The notes beneath the pieces are model-generated. The model saw only the letters and a program-made list of their open reading frames with translations, was not told the origin of the DNA and did no database searches. 64,000 nucleotides of DNA. It comes from Candidatus Omnitrophota bacterium. Its GTDB lineage: Bacteria; Omnitrophota; Gorgyraeia; B26-G9. A program made the translations under genes and the position numbers. Shown in pieces: positions 46,885-56,694 of this stretch. Every line of letters starts with the position of its first letter. The stretch's first letter is position 1. The stretch lies in the NCBI GenBank assembly GCA_043814605.1, contig JBDRJV010000047.1, forward strand, positions 5,077 to 69,076. The letters run 5' to 3'.

Positions 46885-47766
46885 ATGGTAATGTTTTTCT
46901 TGTATTCAATCGGTCAGTGGCTGGCTTTATCATTACCGCTTTCCTTAGCCTATCGTGTCGGGGCATGGTTCACTTTTTTTAAATATGTATTTTCCCCCGG
47001 GGAACGCCGGGCGATGCGCAATAATCTAAAAGTTATCTTAGGGGAAAATCATCCGGGAGTTAAAAAATACCCCAAACAAATCTATGCAAATTTTGGCAAG
47101 TATTTGGTGAATTTTTTCCGTACAGAAGAAGTTGATAAACAATTTATTGAAAAATATATCCGGATTAAAAATAAGCAAAATATGGAAGAAGCTCTGAGTA
47201 AAGGCAAAGGAGCTATCGGACTGACTGCGCATATTGGCAATTGGGAACTTTGTGCGCAGGTTATGGGAATTCTCGGATATAAAATGAATGCTGTGGCGCT
47301 TAGCCATAATAATAAAAAAATCGATGATTTTTTTGTGCAGCAAAGGCAAAGAAAAGGGATTAATGTTATTCCTGTGGGGATTAGCGTAAGAAAATGTTTT
47401 TCTGCTTTAAAAAATAATGAAATTGTCGGGATTTTAGGAGACCGGGATTTTTCTGGTGAAAACGGCATATTTGTTAATTTTTTGGGCAAAGAATTATTTG
47501 CACCCTTAGGAGCAGCGGTGTTGAGTTTAAGAACCGGGGCGGCAATTGTGCCGGCTTTTGTCATCCGGGATGAAAAAGATGACCGCTATTTTGATTATAT
47601 ATTTGAAAAACCAATCTATCCTGAGAAAACCGGTAATGAAAAACAAGAAGTAAGAACCTTGACCCAAAAATATGTGGATGTTATTGCCAAATATGTAAAA
47701 AAATATCCCACGCAGTGGTTTGTGTTTCATGAATTCTGGAAAGCGACAAAAAGTGAAATAGTCTAA
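46885..47766 (+). CDS. LpxL-family lipid acyltransferase
   Basis: AHIGNWE, LGDRD, YPTQWF. Confidence 0.85.
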   Translation: MVMFFLYSIGQWLALSLPLSLAYRVGAWFTFFKYVFSPGERRAMRNNLKVILGENHPGVKKYPKQIYANFGKYLVNFFRTEEVDKQFIEKYIRIKNKQNMEEALSKGKGAIGLTAHIGNWELCAQVMGILGYKMNAVALSHNNKKIDDFFVQQRQRKGINVIPVGISVRKCFSALKNNEIVGILGDRDFSGENGIFVNFLGKELFAPLGAAVLSLRTGAAIVPAFVIRDEKDDRYFDYIFEKPIYPEKTGNEKQEVRTLTQKYVDVIAKYVKKYPTQWFVFHEFWKATKSEIV

Positions 47767-48127
47767 AATGTTCAGAGAACATTTTAGACTAAAGACAACA
47801 GACTATAGACCAAAGACCAAAATTTTGAAAAACTTTTATTCTTGTACGATTGTAAATTGGTGTTAACGGAATAAAGTGATTAGCTGATTATTGGGAATCG
47901 AATAAAAACGCACTTTGTAAAATTATGTTTATTTTCTAATAATTTATGCCTGAAGACTTCGCCGCCAAAAAACCATCCCTGGTTTACGGCGTTTCGACGT
48001 CCTGTCTTCATCTTCATACATAAATTAAAGAAAATTACACATAATTTTTCCATAATTGCTTTTTTTATTTGATTCCCCGATAATTAAGATTATAAATAAT
48101 AGTTTTTTGTTTTTAACTTGTGACTTG

Positions 48128-48173
48128 TTGAGAACATTAATTTAATTTTTAGCGAAATCCCGCTGAGACGGGG
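48128..48173 (+). repeat. element A, copy 6 (TGAGAC variant)
   Basis: TTGAGAACATTAATTTAATTTTTAGCGAAATCCCGCTGAGACGGGG. Confidence 0.85.
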
Positions 48174-48208
48174 AAACTTGGGGCTTGCAGCTATTCAAAA
48201 ATAAATAT

Positions 48209-48934
48209 ATGAAAACATTCGTCCTATTGCCCGCATATAATGAAGCAAAAACAATTACTTACCTGATTAAAGAAGTAAAACAACTGGGTTTGGATGCGGT
48301 TGTTGTCGATGACGGTTCCCTAGATAAAACCGCGGCTTATGCCGAAGAAGCAGGAGCAATAGTATTAAAACACCCTGAGAATAAAGGCAAGGGCCAGGCT
48401 ATGCGAACCGGGTTTGATTATGCTATAAAAAATAATTTTGATGCCGTGATTATTATGGATTCAGACGGCCAGCATGCGCCGGAGGAAATTAATAGTTTTA
48501 AAAATGCCATAAAAAATAATGATGCCGGAATTATTGTTGGTAACCGCATGCATAATCCTCAGGGAATGCCGTGGGTGAGAAAATTAACCAATATGTTTAT
48601 GAGTTTTTTTATTTCTAAACTGATCGGGTATAATGTTCCGGACAGCCAATGCGGATTTCGCATGATAAAAACAGATATATTAAAAGTTATCGATCTTTCT
48701 ACCGGAAAAGGCAAGTATGATACAGAATCGGAAATTCTGATCGAAGCAGCCAGAAAAGGATTTAAAATAGAATCAGTACCCATAAAAACTATTTATACGG
48801 ACCAAACCAGTAAAATCCATCCCGTACGTGATACAATCCGGTTTTGGAGATTAATTATTAAAAGTGTTTTTAAAAAAAATAAACTACATTTTAAAATTAT
48901 TAATAACCAAGAAACAATAACCAAAAAACACTAA
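48209..48934 (+). CDS. GT2 glycosyltransferase (polyprenol-phosphate sugar synthase-like)
   Basis: PAYNE, VDDGS, NKGKG, MDSDGQH, DSQCGFR; start moved to ATG 48209. Confidence 0.88.
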   Translation: MKTFVLLPAYNEAKTITYLIKEVKQLGLDAVVVDDGSLDKTAAYAEEAGAIVLKHPENKGKGQAMRTGFDYAIKNNFDAVIIMDSDGQHAPEEINSFKNAIKNNDAGIIVGNRMHNPQGMPWVRKLTNMFMSFFISKLIGYNVPDSQCGFRMIKTDILKVIDLSTGKGKYDTESEILIEAARKGFKIESVPIKTIYTDQTSKIHPVRDTIRFWRLIIKSVFKKNKLHFKIINNQETITKKH

Positions 48935-49059
48935 TAACAAAATTAAAAATATAAATACCTTAGTAAATAATTTTTTTATGAAATATTGATGATTGTTTTT
49001 TGTGTTTTGATTATTGTGTTTAAATTTTTTATTAAAATAAATAATACAAGTATAAAAAA

Positions 49060-49710
49060 ATGGAGTTTCAAAGTCTTAGAAAAAAAATGGTAGAGTTTCA
49101 ATTAATGGCGCGGGGAATAAAAGATACACGAGTCTTAGATGTGTTTTTAAAAATACCCCGGCATGAATTTGTTCCTGAAGAATTAATAAAATCAGCTTAT
49201 GAAGACTGCCCCCTACCGATCGGTAACGGACAAACAATATCACAGCCTTACATGGTTGCGTTAATGACGGAATTGCTGGGGTTAACAGGCAGGGAGAAGG
49301 TCTTAGAACTGGGTACGGGCAGCGGATATCAAACAGCAGTTTTAGCTGAATTGGCGAAAGAAGTTTATTCTATTGAACGCATTAAAAAATTATCTAAAGC
49401 AGCCTGGGAACAGTTGCAAAGATTTAATTATTCTAATGTAAAATTAGAAGTGGGTGATGGGTCCTTGGGCTGGGCGGAATTTGCACCTTATGATGCAATT
49501 ATCGTTACAGCTAGTGCTCCGGAAACACCAAAGATTTTAATTGAGCAATTAAAGGATAACGGAAGGCTGGTTATCCCTGTAGGAGGAAGGTTTTCCCAGG
49601 AATTATTATTAATTGAGAAAGAGCCGGGTGAAATTAAAACACATGAAATTTGCGGTTGTGTGTTTGTGCCGCTGCTTGGCGAACAAGGCTGGAGAATGAA
49701 TAATGAATGA
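49060..49710 (+). CDS. pcm: protein-L-isoaspartate O-methyltransferase
   Basis: PRHEFV, GQTISQP, LELGTGSGYQ, APYDAIIVTA, FVPL. Confidence 0.95.
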   Translation: MEFQSLRKKMVEFQLMARGIKDTRVLDVFLKIPRHEFVPEELIKSAYEDCPLPIGNGQTISQPYMVALMTELLGLTGREKVLELGTGSGYQTAVLAELAKEVYSIERIKKLSKAAWEQLQRFNYSNVKLEVGDGSLGWAEFAPYDAIIVTASAPETPKILIEQLKDNGRLVIPVGGRFSQELLLIEKEPGEIKTHEICGCVFVPLLGEQGWRMNNE

Positions 49711-50188
49711 ACAAATCATAAATTTTTTTAGCGGCTTATCTAATGAATGGTTGGTGATTATTTTATCGGCCATGCCGGTTTCAGAACTCAGAGGGGCGAT
49801 ACCTTTGGGAATTGTATTAAATCTTACTCCGATAAAAGTATTTTTACTGTCAATATTAGGGAATATGACACCAGTTCTGCCGCTGCTTTATCTGCTTGAG
49901 CCGGTATCAGAAAGGTTGAGAAAGTTTGGCATCGCCCGTAAATTTTTTGATTGGCTTTTTGCACGTACAAAAAAAAGAGCAGATCTAATTGAAAAATATG
50001 AACTTTTAGGGCTGGCTTTATTTGTGGCAGTTCCTCTTCCCATGACCGGGGCTTGGACCGGATGTATTGCCGCTTCCTTATTTAAATTAAATAAAAAACG
50101 TTCTTTTTTTGCAGTATTCGCCGGAGTGTTAATCGCGGCAATGATTGTGATGAGTGTAACGCTCGGTGCTAAAGCAGGAATGAAGTAG
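49703..50188 (+). CDS. putative small multidrug export family membrane protein
   Basis: MPVSELRGAIP, FVAVPLPMTGAWTG. Confidence 0.85.
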   Translation: MNEQIINFFSGLSNEWLVIILSAMPVSELRGAIPLGIVLNLTPIKVFLLSILGNMTPVLPLLYLLEPVSERLRKFGIARKFFDWLFARTKKRADLIEKYELLGLALFVAVPLPMTGAWTGCIAASLFKLNKKRSFFAVFAGVLIAAMIVMSVTLGAKAGMK

Positions 50189-50487
50189 TTTGTGAATTAT
50201 AAGTTATGAATTATGAATGAAAGACTTAAAAGTAGCGAAGAGAAAAAGCAAATTTTAGTTAACCAGTTACTAGTGAGCCAGTAGGCCGGTTTTTAAAAGA
50301 GCATTTAACTCGGGCATACAGGATAACTGGGAACCGTGTAAATTATATTAAATTTTTACATTTTTCATTACACTTTATCCCGAATGAAGTAGCTTTATTA
50401 AGTAATTCTTCGGGATCCCGAAGAGATTTTTTGAAAGATGAACCTCATTCGGGACACAATTAACATTACACAGTAATTTTATACACA

Positions 50488-52515
50488 ATGAATATGAGTA
50501 ATAATAAATTTGTTCAAGTTTCTCTAAACCTGCCTTTAAAAGATGTGTTTGATTATTCTGTGCCGGAAAATCTCCAGTCTGCAGTTGCTCTGGGAAAGCG
50601 GGTTTGGGTCCCGTTTGGACAGCGGACAATTGTGGGAACAATCGTAGGCATAAGCGCTCAAACAGAGATTTCTAAAACCCGCGATATTAAAGAAATAATT
50701 GACCAGAATCCGATATTAGATGAAGAAATGCTAAAACTAACACGTTGGATTGCGGATTATTATTTTTGCTCCTGGGGAGAAGCAATCGAATCCGCGATAG
50801 CTGCACCTTTTAAAAAAGGCAAAACTGAGGTTAGAATTGGGAAAGATATAGATTCTTTAAAATCAGTGGATTTAGATTTAACCCCGAAAAAAAATATTCT
50901 CACCGCTTATCAGGATAAAGCATTAGCGGAAATCACTCCTTATATAAATGAAAAAAAATTCGGAGTTTTTTTATTGCATGGAATTACCGCCAGCGGAAAA
51001 ACCGAAGTGTATTTTAGAGCAATCGAGGCAGCTTTAAAACTAAATAAACAAACCTTGGTTTTTGTGCCGGAAATCGCTCTAACACCCCAGACCTTACAAA
51101 GATTTGTGGAAAAATTCGGCAAAGAACAAATCGCAGTTATACACAGCCGGTTAAGTAAAAGTGAAAAATTTGTGCAGTGGCAAAAAATAAAAACAGGACA
51201 GATAAAAATTGTTATTGGGCCGCGTTCTGCAATATTTAGCCCTTTGCCGAATCTAGGATTGATTGTTGTCGATGAAGAACATGAACATACTTATAAACAA
51301 GAAGATGTGCCTAGGTATCATTTGGTGGATACCGCAATTAAACGTGCGGAAATCTCCCAAAGTGTGGTTATTTTAGGCAGTGCTACGCCGTCTTTAGAAT
51401 CAGTCTATCAGTCTAAACAAAAAAAGTTCAAATTTATTGAATTGCCGGAACGGATTAAAGGCATAGAACTGCCCCGAGTGCAGATTGCCGATATGCGTAT
51501 TCATATGCGGACCTCTAAAAGAAAACCGATTATTTCTAAAATTCTCGAAGATCATATTAATAATTGCTTAAAAAAGAAAGAACAGGTGATTTTATTTTTG
51601 AACCGTAGAGGATTTTCAACCTTTATCCATTGTGAAAAATGCGGTTATATTGTGCAATGTCCCAGATGTAATGTGGCGCTTGTGCATCATTTTGATAAAA
51701 ATAAGCTGATCTGCCATCATTGTAATTATCAAGGTAATGCACCGGAGATATGTCCTGAGTGTAATCAGGATTATATCCGTTTTTTTGGCACCGGAACACA
51801 AAAAGTAGAAAGTGAATTGTGCAGATTGTTTCCTAAAGCGGTGATCGAAAGAATGGATTCAGATTCTATGCAGAAAAAAAATGCTTATTTTGATATTTTT
51901 AAAAAATTTACAAATCGAAAAATTGATATTTTAATCGGCACCCAGATGTTGGCTAAAGGGCTGGATTTTCCGAACGTGACTTTAGTCGGAGTTATTTCTG
52001 CGGATGTTATTTTGAATTTGCCTGATTTCCGTGCATCAGAAAAAACTTTTTCTTTATTAACTCAAGTCGCGGGCCGTGCCGGACGCGGGCCGGCCGGAGG
52101 CAAGGTGATTATTCAGACTTATACCCCTGAGCATTATGCGATTCAATGTGCAATTGCGCATGATTATAATCGATTTTATGACGAAGAAATTGTTTTCCGC
52201 AAACAATTGGAGCTGCCGCCTTTTGCGCATATGATCAGCCTGGTCTTACGCTGTAAACAGGAAAAAAATCTGGAAAAAACCAGCGAGGCTTTATTCAATG
52301 TTTTGAAATTAAAAAATAAAAATACCCAAGTCCACATCTCTGAGCCGGCGCCTTTGCCTGTATCAAAACTGCGCGGATTTTACCGCTGGGGACTGGTTTT
52401 AAAAAGCAATGATGTTTTAAAAATGAATGCGTTAATAAAAGAAGCATTTGCAAACTGGCGGCCGGCAGCCGGAGTCAAAATCGCCGTGGATGTTGACCCG
52501 CTTACAATAATTTAA
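50488..52515 (+). CDS. priA: primosomal protein N'
   Basis: GITASGKTEVY, DEEH, SATPS, LNRRG, four CxxC, GLDFP, QVAGRAGR, DVDP. Confidence 0.96.
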   Translation: MNMSNNKFVQVSLNLPLKDVFDYSVPENLQSAVALGKRVWVPFGQRTIVGTIVGISAQTEISKTRDIKEIIDQNPILDEEMLKLTRWIADYYFCSWGEAIESAIAAPFKKGKTEVRIGKDIDSLKSVDLDLTPKKNILTAYQDKALAEITPYINEKKFGVFLLHGITASGKTEVYFRAIEAALKLNKQTLVFVPEIALTPQTLQRFVEKFGKEQIAVIHSRLSKSEKFVQWQKIKTGQIKIVIGPRSAIFSPLPNLGLIVVDEEHEHTYKQEDVPRYHLVDTAIKRAEISQSVVILGSATPSLESVYQSKQKKFKFIELPERIKGIELPRVQIADMRIHMRTSKRKPIISKILEDHINNCLKKKEQVILFLNRRGFSTFIHCEKCGYIVQCPRCNVALVHHFDKNKLICHHCNYQGNAPEICPECNQDYIRFFGTGTQKVESELCRLFPKAVIERMDSDSMQKKNAYFDIFKKFTNRKIDILIGTQMLAKGLDFPNVTLVGVISADVILNLPDFRASEKTFSLLTQVAGRAGRGPAGGKVIIQTYTPEHYAIQCAIAHDYNRFYDEEIVFRKQLELPPFAHMISLVLRCKQEKNLEKTSEALFNVLKLKNKNTQVHISEPAPLPVSKLRGFYRWGLVLKSNDVLKMNALIKEAFANWRPAAGVKIAVDVDPLTII

Positions 52516-52666
52516 GTGCAAGGTGGTGTAAAATATTAAACCTTAAATATTAAATCCTAAATAAACTAGAAAGAGAAAACCCAGGACAGAAAGGTTTTAA
52601 AATTGATTTTTGAGTTTTGGATTTGAGATTTTTTTAGAGTTTATAATTTAGAGTTCAGGATTTATT

Positions 52667-53275
52667 TTATGTGGCGGGTTTGATATCGTCAAAGCCTTTT
52701 TCAATTGTGCCGAGTGCGGAAATATCTTTTAAAATATTTTCTGCGTCTAATTGATGCGGGTTGAGTTCCAAAACAAGTTTGGCCATAAGTTTTGCTTTAG
52801 GAAAGTTTTCGGTTTCAAAATATAATTGCATCAGAGATTTTAAAGCAGCAGGATGATACCGGTTAACAATTAATAGTTCTTCAAGTATAAAAATCGCTTT
52901 ATCTATCTGTTGCTGCTTAATAAAAATTGTTGCTAATTTGTATAAAATTCGTGTATCATCAGGATTAATAAGAATAATTTGCTCAAGGTATGTTTTGGCC
53001 TGGTTGAAATTATTTGATAAAGAAGAAATTTCCGATTTAGTTACAAGAAAAAGGTAAGAAGTTTTCTTAAAAATCAAGTTTAATAAAGACGGCGGATTTA
53101 TTTTTTTATTTTCTCTGATTGCCTGCCACAAATAATGCTGGCACTGCAGTGAATTTGGGTAGGAAAGCAGAAGGTTCTGAAAAATTTCAATAGCATAGGC
53201 AAAGTTTCTTTTTTTAATTGCACTTTGGCCTTTTTGAAAAAGCTCATTATCGTGAAGATTTATGTTTTCGTTCAT
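52667..53275 (-). CDS. tetratricopeptide repeat protein
   Basis: helical TPR-like repeats (AIEIFQNLLLSYPN; AKTYLEQIILINPD). Confidence 0.7.
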   Translation of the reverse strand: MNENINLHDNELFQKGQSAIKKRNFAYAIEIFQNLLLSYPNSLQCQHYLWQAIRENKKINPPSLLNLIFKKTSYLFLVTKSEISSLSNNFNQAKTYLEQIILINPDDTRILYKLATIFIKQQQIDKAIFILEELLIVNRYHPAALKSLMQLYFETENFPKAKLMAKLVLELNPHQLDAENILKDISALGTIEKGFDDIKPAT

Positions 53276-53453
53276 AATGTTATTATTGTAAGGGAAAATG
53301 TCAGCACTGTCAATTTAGATAAATTAATTTATAAAAAAAGAGTTTCAGGCAGCAAGTATCAAGTCACAGGCTAAAAGCAGAAGGAGATCAAACGGAAAAT
53401 TTTTTGATTTTAGCTTGCAGCCTGAAGCCTGTAACCTGTAAAGGACTAGATAC

Positions 53454-54413
53454 ATGCGTATTGTTTTTTTTGGCTCATCAGATTTTGCCGTAGAAAGTTT
53501 AAAAATGATTTTGGGTAAGCACCCGGTTTTAGCGGTAGTAACCCAGCCGGACAGAAAAAGCGGCCGGCATTTGCATTTATCCCAGACTCCGGTAAAAACT
53601 TTTGCGCAGAAAAAAAATATAAATATTTTCCAGCCGGAAAATATCTCCAGCCCGGAGAATTTAGAAAAGTTAAAAAGTTTTCAGGCGGATATTTTTGTAG
53701 TGGTTAGTTTTGGCCAAAAATTATCCCGGGAAGTTTTGGATATTCCTGAAAAATTTTGCCTGAATGTGCATGCATCGGTGTTGCCGCGCTGGCGGGGAGC
53801 CTCGCCGATTAACCGGGCCATAACCAGCGGAGATAAAACTACCGGAGTAACAATTATGCGCATGAGTGAAAAAATGGATTGCGGGGATATTCTTTTAACG
53901 CAGGAAATTGAAATCAGCCCGGATGATGATGCGATTTCTCTGCAGGAAAAATTAGCCAATTTAGGGGCAGAAGCTTTGATTTGCGTCTTGGATAATATAG
54001 AGGAAGGCAATTTTGAATTTAAAAAACAGGATGAATCAAAAGCCACGCTGGCTCCCAAATTAAAAAAAGCCGAAGGCCTGATCAATTGGCAGCAAAGCGC
54101 TGAAACAATTTTTAATCAGGTCAGAGGTTTGTTGCCCTGGCCCTGCGCGTTTACGCATTATCAGGGGAAAAACTTAAAAGTTCTCAAGGTAAAAGTTTGT
54201 CAGGACAATATCTCGAATATCCCGAATATTCCAGGCGAAGAAAAATATTCTGCGGCAGATATTGTTGCAATTGAAAAAGGAAAAGGTATAATCATAAAGA
54301 CCGGTGAAAATAATCTGTTAATAGAATTGCTGCAGCCGGAAGGAAAAAAAGTTATGCCTGCATATGATTTTGTTTTAGGGCATAAAGTGCAGGTAGGAGA
54401 TAAATTTACATAA
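53454..54413 (+). CDS. fmt: methionyl-tRNA formyltransferase
   Basis: VVTQPDR, NVHASVLPRWRGASPI, MDCGD, LQPEGKK; near priA. Confidence 0.95.
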   Translation: MRIVFFGSSDFAVESLKMILGKHPVLAVVTQPDRKSGRHLHLSQTPVKTFAQKKNINIFQPENISSPENLEKLKSFQADIFVVVSFGQKLSREVLDIPEKFCLNVHASVLPRWRGASPINRAITSGDKTTGVTIMRMSEKMDCGDILLTQEIEISPDDDAISLQEKLANLGAEALICVLDNIEEGNFEFKKQDESKATLAPKLKKAEGLINWQQSAETIFNQVRGLLPWPCAFTHYQGKNLKVLKVKVCQDNISNIPNIPGEEKYSAADIVAIEKGKGIIIKTGENNLLIELLQPEGKKVMPAYDFVLGHKVQVGDKFT

Positions 54414-54541
54414 GTAGTAAGTAGTAAGTAGAGAGTAGTTGTGTTATCCTGAACTAAAAACAAAATCAGAAAATTTAATTATTTGGGAGTTGTAAAAGGA
54501 TTCTGTATTAATGGTTAATTTAAAATTAGCAATTTATTTGT

Positions 54542-54575
<34 letters not shown>

Positions 54576-54590
54576 CCCGAAGGGATTATT

Positions 54591-55625
54591 GTGCCTGAAT
54601 TAAGAAAAGATCCAATTATTGGCCGGTGGGTGATTATTTCCACAGAACGCGGAAAGCGTCCGCATGATTTTGTGTCAAAAAAGAAGCATGAGCCGCAAGA
54701 ACATAAATGTAATTTTTGCCAGGGTAAAGAAAATAAAACACCCCCGGAAATCTATGCGCTTCGGCCGGAAAATTCAGAACCAAATACCCCGGGCTGGAAG
54801 GTAAGAGTTATTCAGAGTGAAAATTTACTTCTGCAAATGGAAGGAAATATCGAACGCCGCGGCAAGGGGATGTATGACCTTTTAAACGGAATCGGGGCGC
54901 ATGAAATTATAATCGAAACTCCGGAACATAAAGCGAATATAACCGAACTAAATATTGATCAGCTATCCGATGTTTTCTTTGTTTATCAGCAGAGGATGAA
55001 GGATTTAGAAAAAGATGTAAGGCTTAAATATGCACTGATCTGTAAAAATTACGGCATTGTCGCCGGAGGCAGTCCCAGGAAACATTCAATTACACAGTTA
55101 ATAGCTTTACCAGTAAATCCGAAAAGAGTAAAAGAAGAATTGTTCGGAGCCAGGCGTTATTATGAGTATAGAGAACGCTGTATTTTTTGTGATATGATCC
55201 AGCAGGAAATTGAAACTAATGTGCGGATTATTACCCGGCTGGATGGGTTTATTGCTTTTTGTCCGTACGCATCAAGGTTTCCGTTTGAGGTCTGGGTTTT
55301 ACCTGAAGAACATTCTTGTAATTTTTATGATTTAAAAAATACCAAAGGATTAGCTCGCGTGATGAAACAAGTAATGCAGAAACTTTCGCTTTCTTTAGAA
55401 GATCCGCCGTATAATTATATCGTGCATACAGCCCCGTTCCGGAGGATGACTTCCGCCGGGTATTGGAAAACAGTTGATTATGATTATCACTGGCATATTG
55501 AGATTATGCCGCGGTTAACTAAAGTGGCCGGATTTGAATTAGGCAGCGGGTTTTATATTAACCCCACACCGCCGGAAAATGCGGCTAAGTTTTTAAATGA
55601 AGAAAATGTAGAAAATAAAGAATAA
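54591..55625 (+). CDS. GalT-like protein lacking the nucleophile His
   Basis: ELRKDP, CNFC, GAHEII, CIFCD, YHWHIEI, GFELGSG; HSITQ instead of HxHxQ; start GTG 54591. Confidence 0.85.
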   Translation: MPELRKDPIIGRWVIISTERGKRPHDFVSKKKHEPQEHKCNFCQGKENKTPPEIYALRPENSEPNTPGWKVRVIQSENLLLQMEGNIERRGKGMYDLLNGIGAHEIIIETPEHKANITELNIDQLSDVFFVYQQRMKDLEKDVRLKYALICKNYGIVAGGSPRKHSITQLIALPVNPKRVKEELFGARRYYEYRERCIFCDMIQQEIETNVRIITRLDGFIAFCPYASRFPFEVWVLPEEHSCNFYDLKNTKGLARVMKQVMQKLSLSLEDPPYNYIVHTAPFRRMTSAGYWKTVDYDYHWHIEIMPRLTKVAGFELGSGFYINPTPPENAAKFLNEENVENKE

Positions 55626-55643
55626 GGAAAAAAAAGGAAAAAA

Positions 55644-56657
55644 ATGCAGCAGTTAAGAAGAGATCCCATTTTAGGTAGATGGATAATTATCCATTATGAT
55701 CAAGTCAAAGAGCCTCATGATTATAAAATATATTCTGCCGGTGAGAAAAACGCGGATAAGGTTTGCCCTTTTTGCCTGGGCCAGGAAGATATTACGCCGC
55801 CGGAAATCTATGTTGATCGTGCTCCGGACAGTTTTCCCAATCAGGCTGGCTGGAATTTAAGGGTGATTGCTAATAAATTTCCGGCATTAAAAGTAGAAGG
55901 AGATATAGACAGACAAGGTATTGGTCTTTATGATCAGATGAACGGAGTGGGAGCGCATGAAGTGATTATTGAAACAAATGACCACAAAAAAGATATCGCG
56001 GATTTAAATACAGAAGAAATTAAAAAAATAGTTATTGCTTATAAACAGCGCTGTATTGATTTAAAAAAAGATAAGCGCTTTAAATATGTTTTAATTTTTA
56101 AAAATCATGGCCAAAGTGCCGGTGCTTCACTGGAACATTCGCACTCTCAATTGATTGCTCTGCCGATTGTACCGAAAAAAGTAAAAGAAGCTTTGCGCGG
56201 GGCACAAATGTATTACAGCTATAAAGAAAGATGTGTGTATTGTGATATAATTTCCCAGGAACTTGAGCAAAAAGAAAGGTTAGTAGATGAAAATGAAAAC
56301 TTTATTGCTTTTTGCCCTTTTGCCTCCTGTTCACCTTATGAAATTTGGATCTCTCCGAAAAAACACAGAAGCGCTTTTTACCGTATTCAGGAAGAGGTAA
56401 TTGATGATTTTTCTCAGATGTTAGGCCGTACTTTGATACGCTTGAAAAAGGTCTTGACAGATCCGCCGTTTAATTTTATCATTAACACTGCTCCTATCCA
56501 GCATGACCAAGAGCTCGAATTTTATCACTGGCATATAGAAATCTTACCTAAGCTTACCAGGTCTGCTGGTTTTGAATGGGGAACAGGTTTTTATATTAAT
56601 CCCAGCCCGCCGGAACAAGCTGCAAAAGAATTGAGAAAAGTTAAATTAAAAAAATAA
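55644..56657 (+). CDS. galT: galactose-1-phosphate uridylyltransferase
   Basis: CPFC, NKFPA, GASLEHSHSQ, YHWHIEI, GFEWGTG. Confidence 0.9.
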   Translation: MQQLRRDPILGRWIIIHYDQVKEPHDYKIYSAGEKNADKVCPFCLGQEDITPPEIYVDRAPDSFPNQAGWNLRVIANKFPALKVEGDIDRQGIGLYDQMNGVGAHEVIIETNDHKKDIADLNTEEIKKIVIAYKQRCIDLKKDKRFKYVLIFKNHGQSAGASLEHSHSQLIALPIVPKKVKEALRGAQMYYSYKERCVYCDIISQELEQKERLVDENENFIAFCPFASCSPYEIWISPKKHRSAFYRIQEEVIDDFSQMLGRTLIRLKKVLTDPPFNFIINTAPIQHDQELEFYHWHIEILPKLTRSAGFEWGTGFYINPSPPEQAAKELRKVKLKK

Positions 56658-56694
56658 AAACAAATAATTTAGTGTTTGAAAGGAGGAAGTACAA

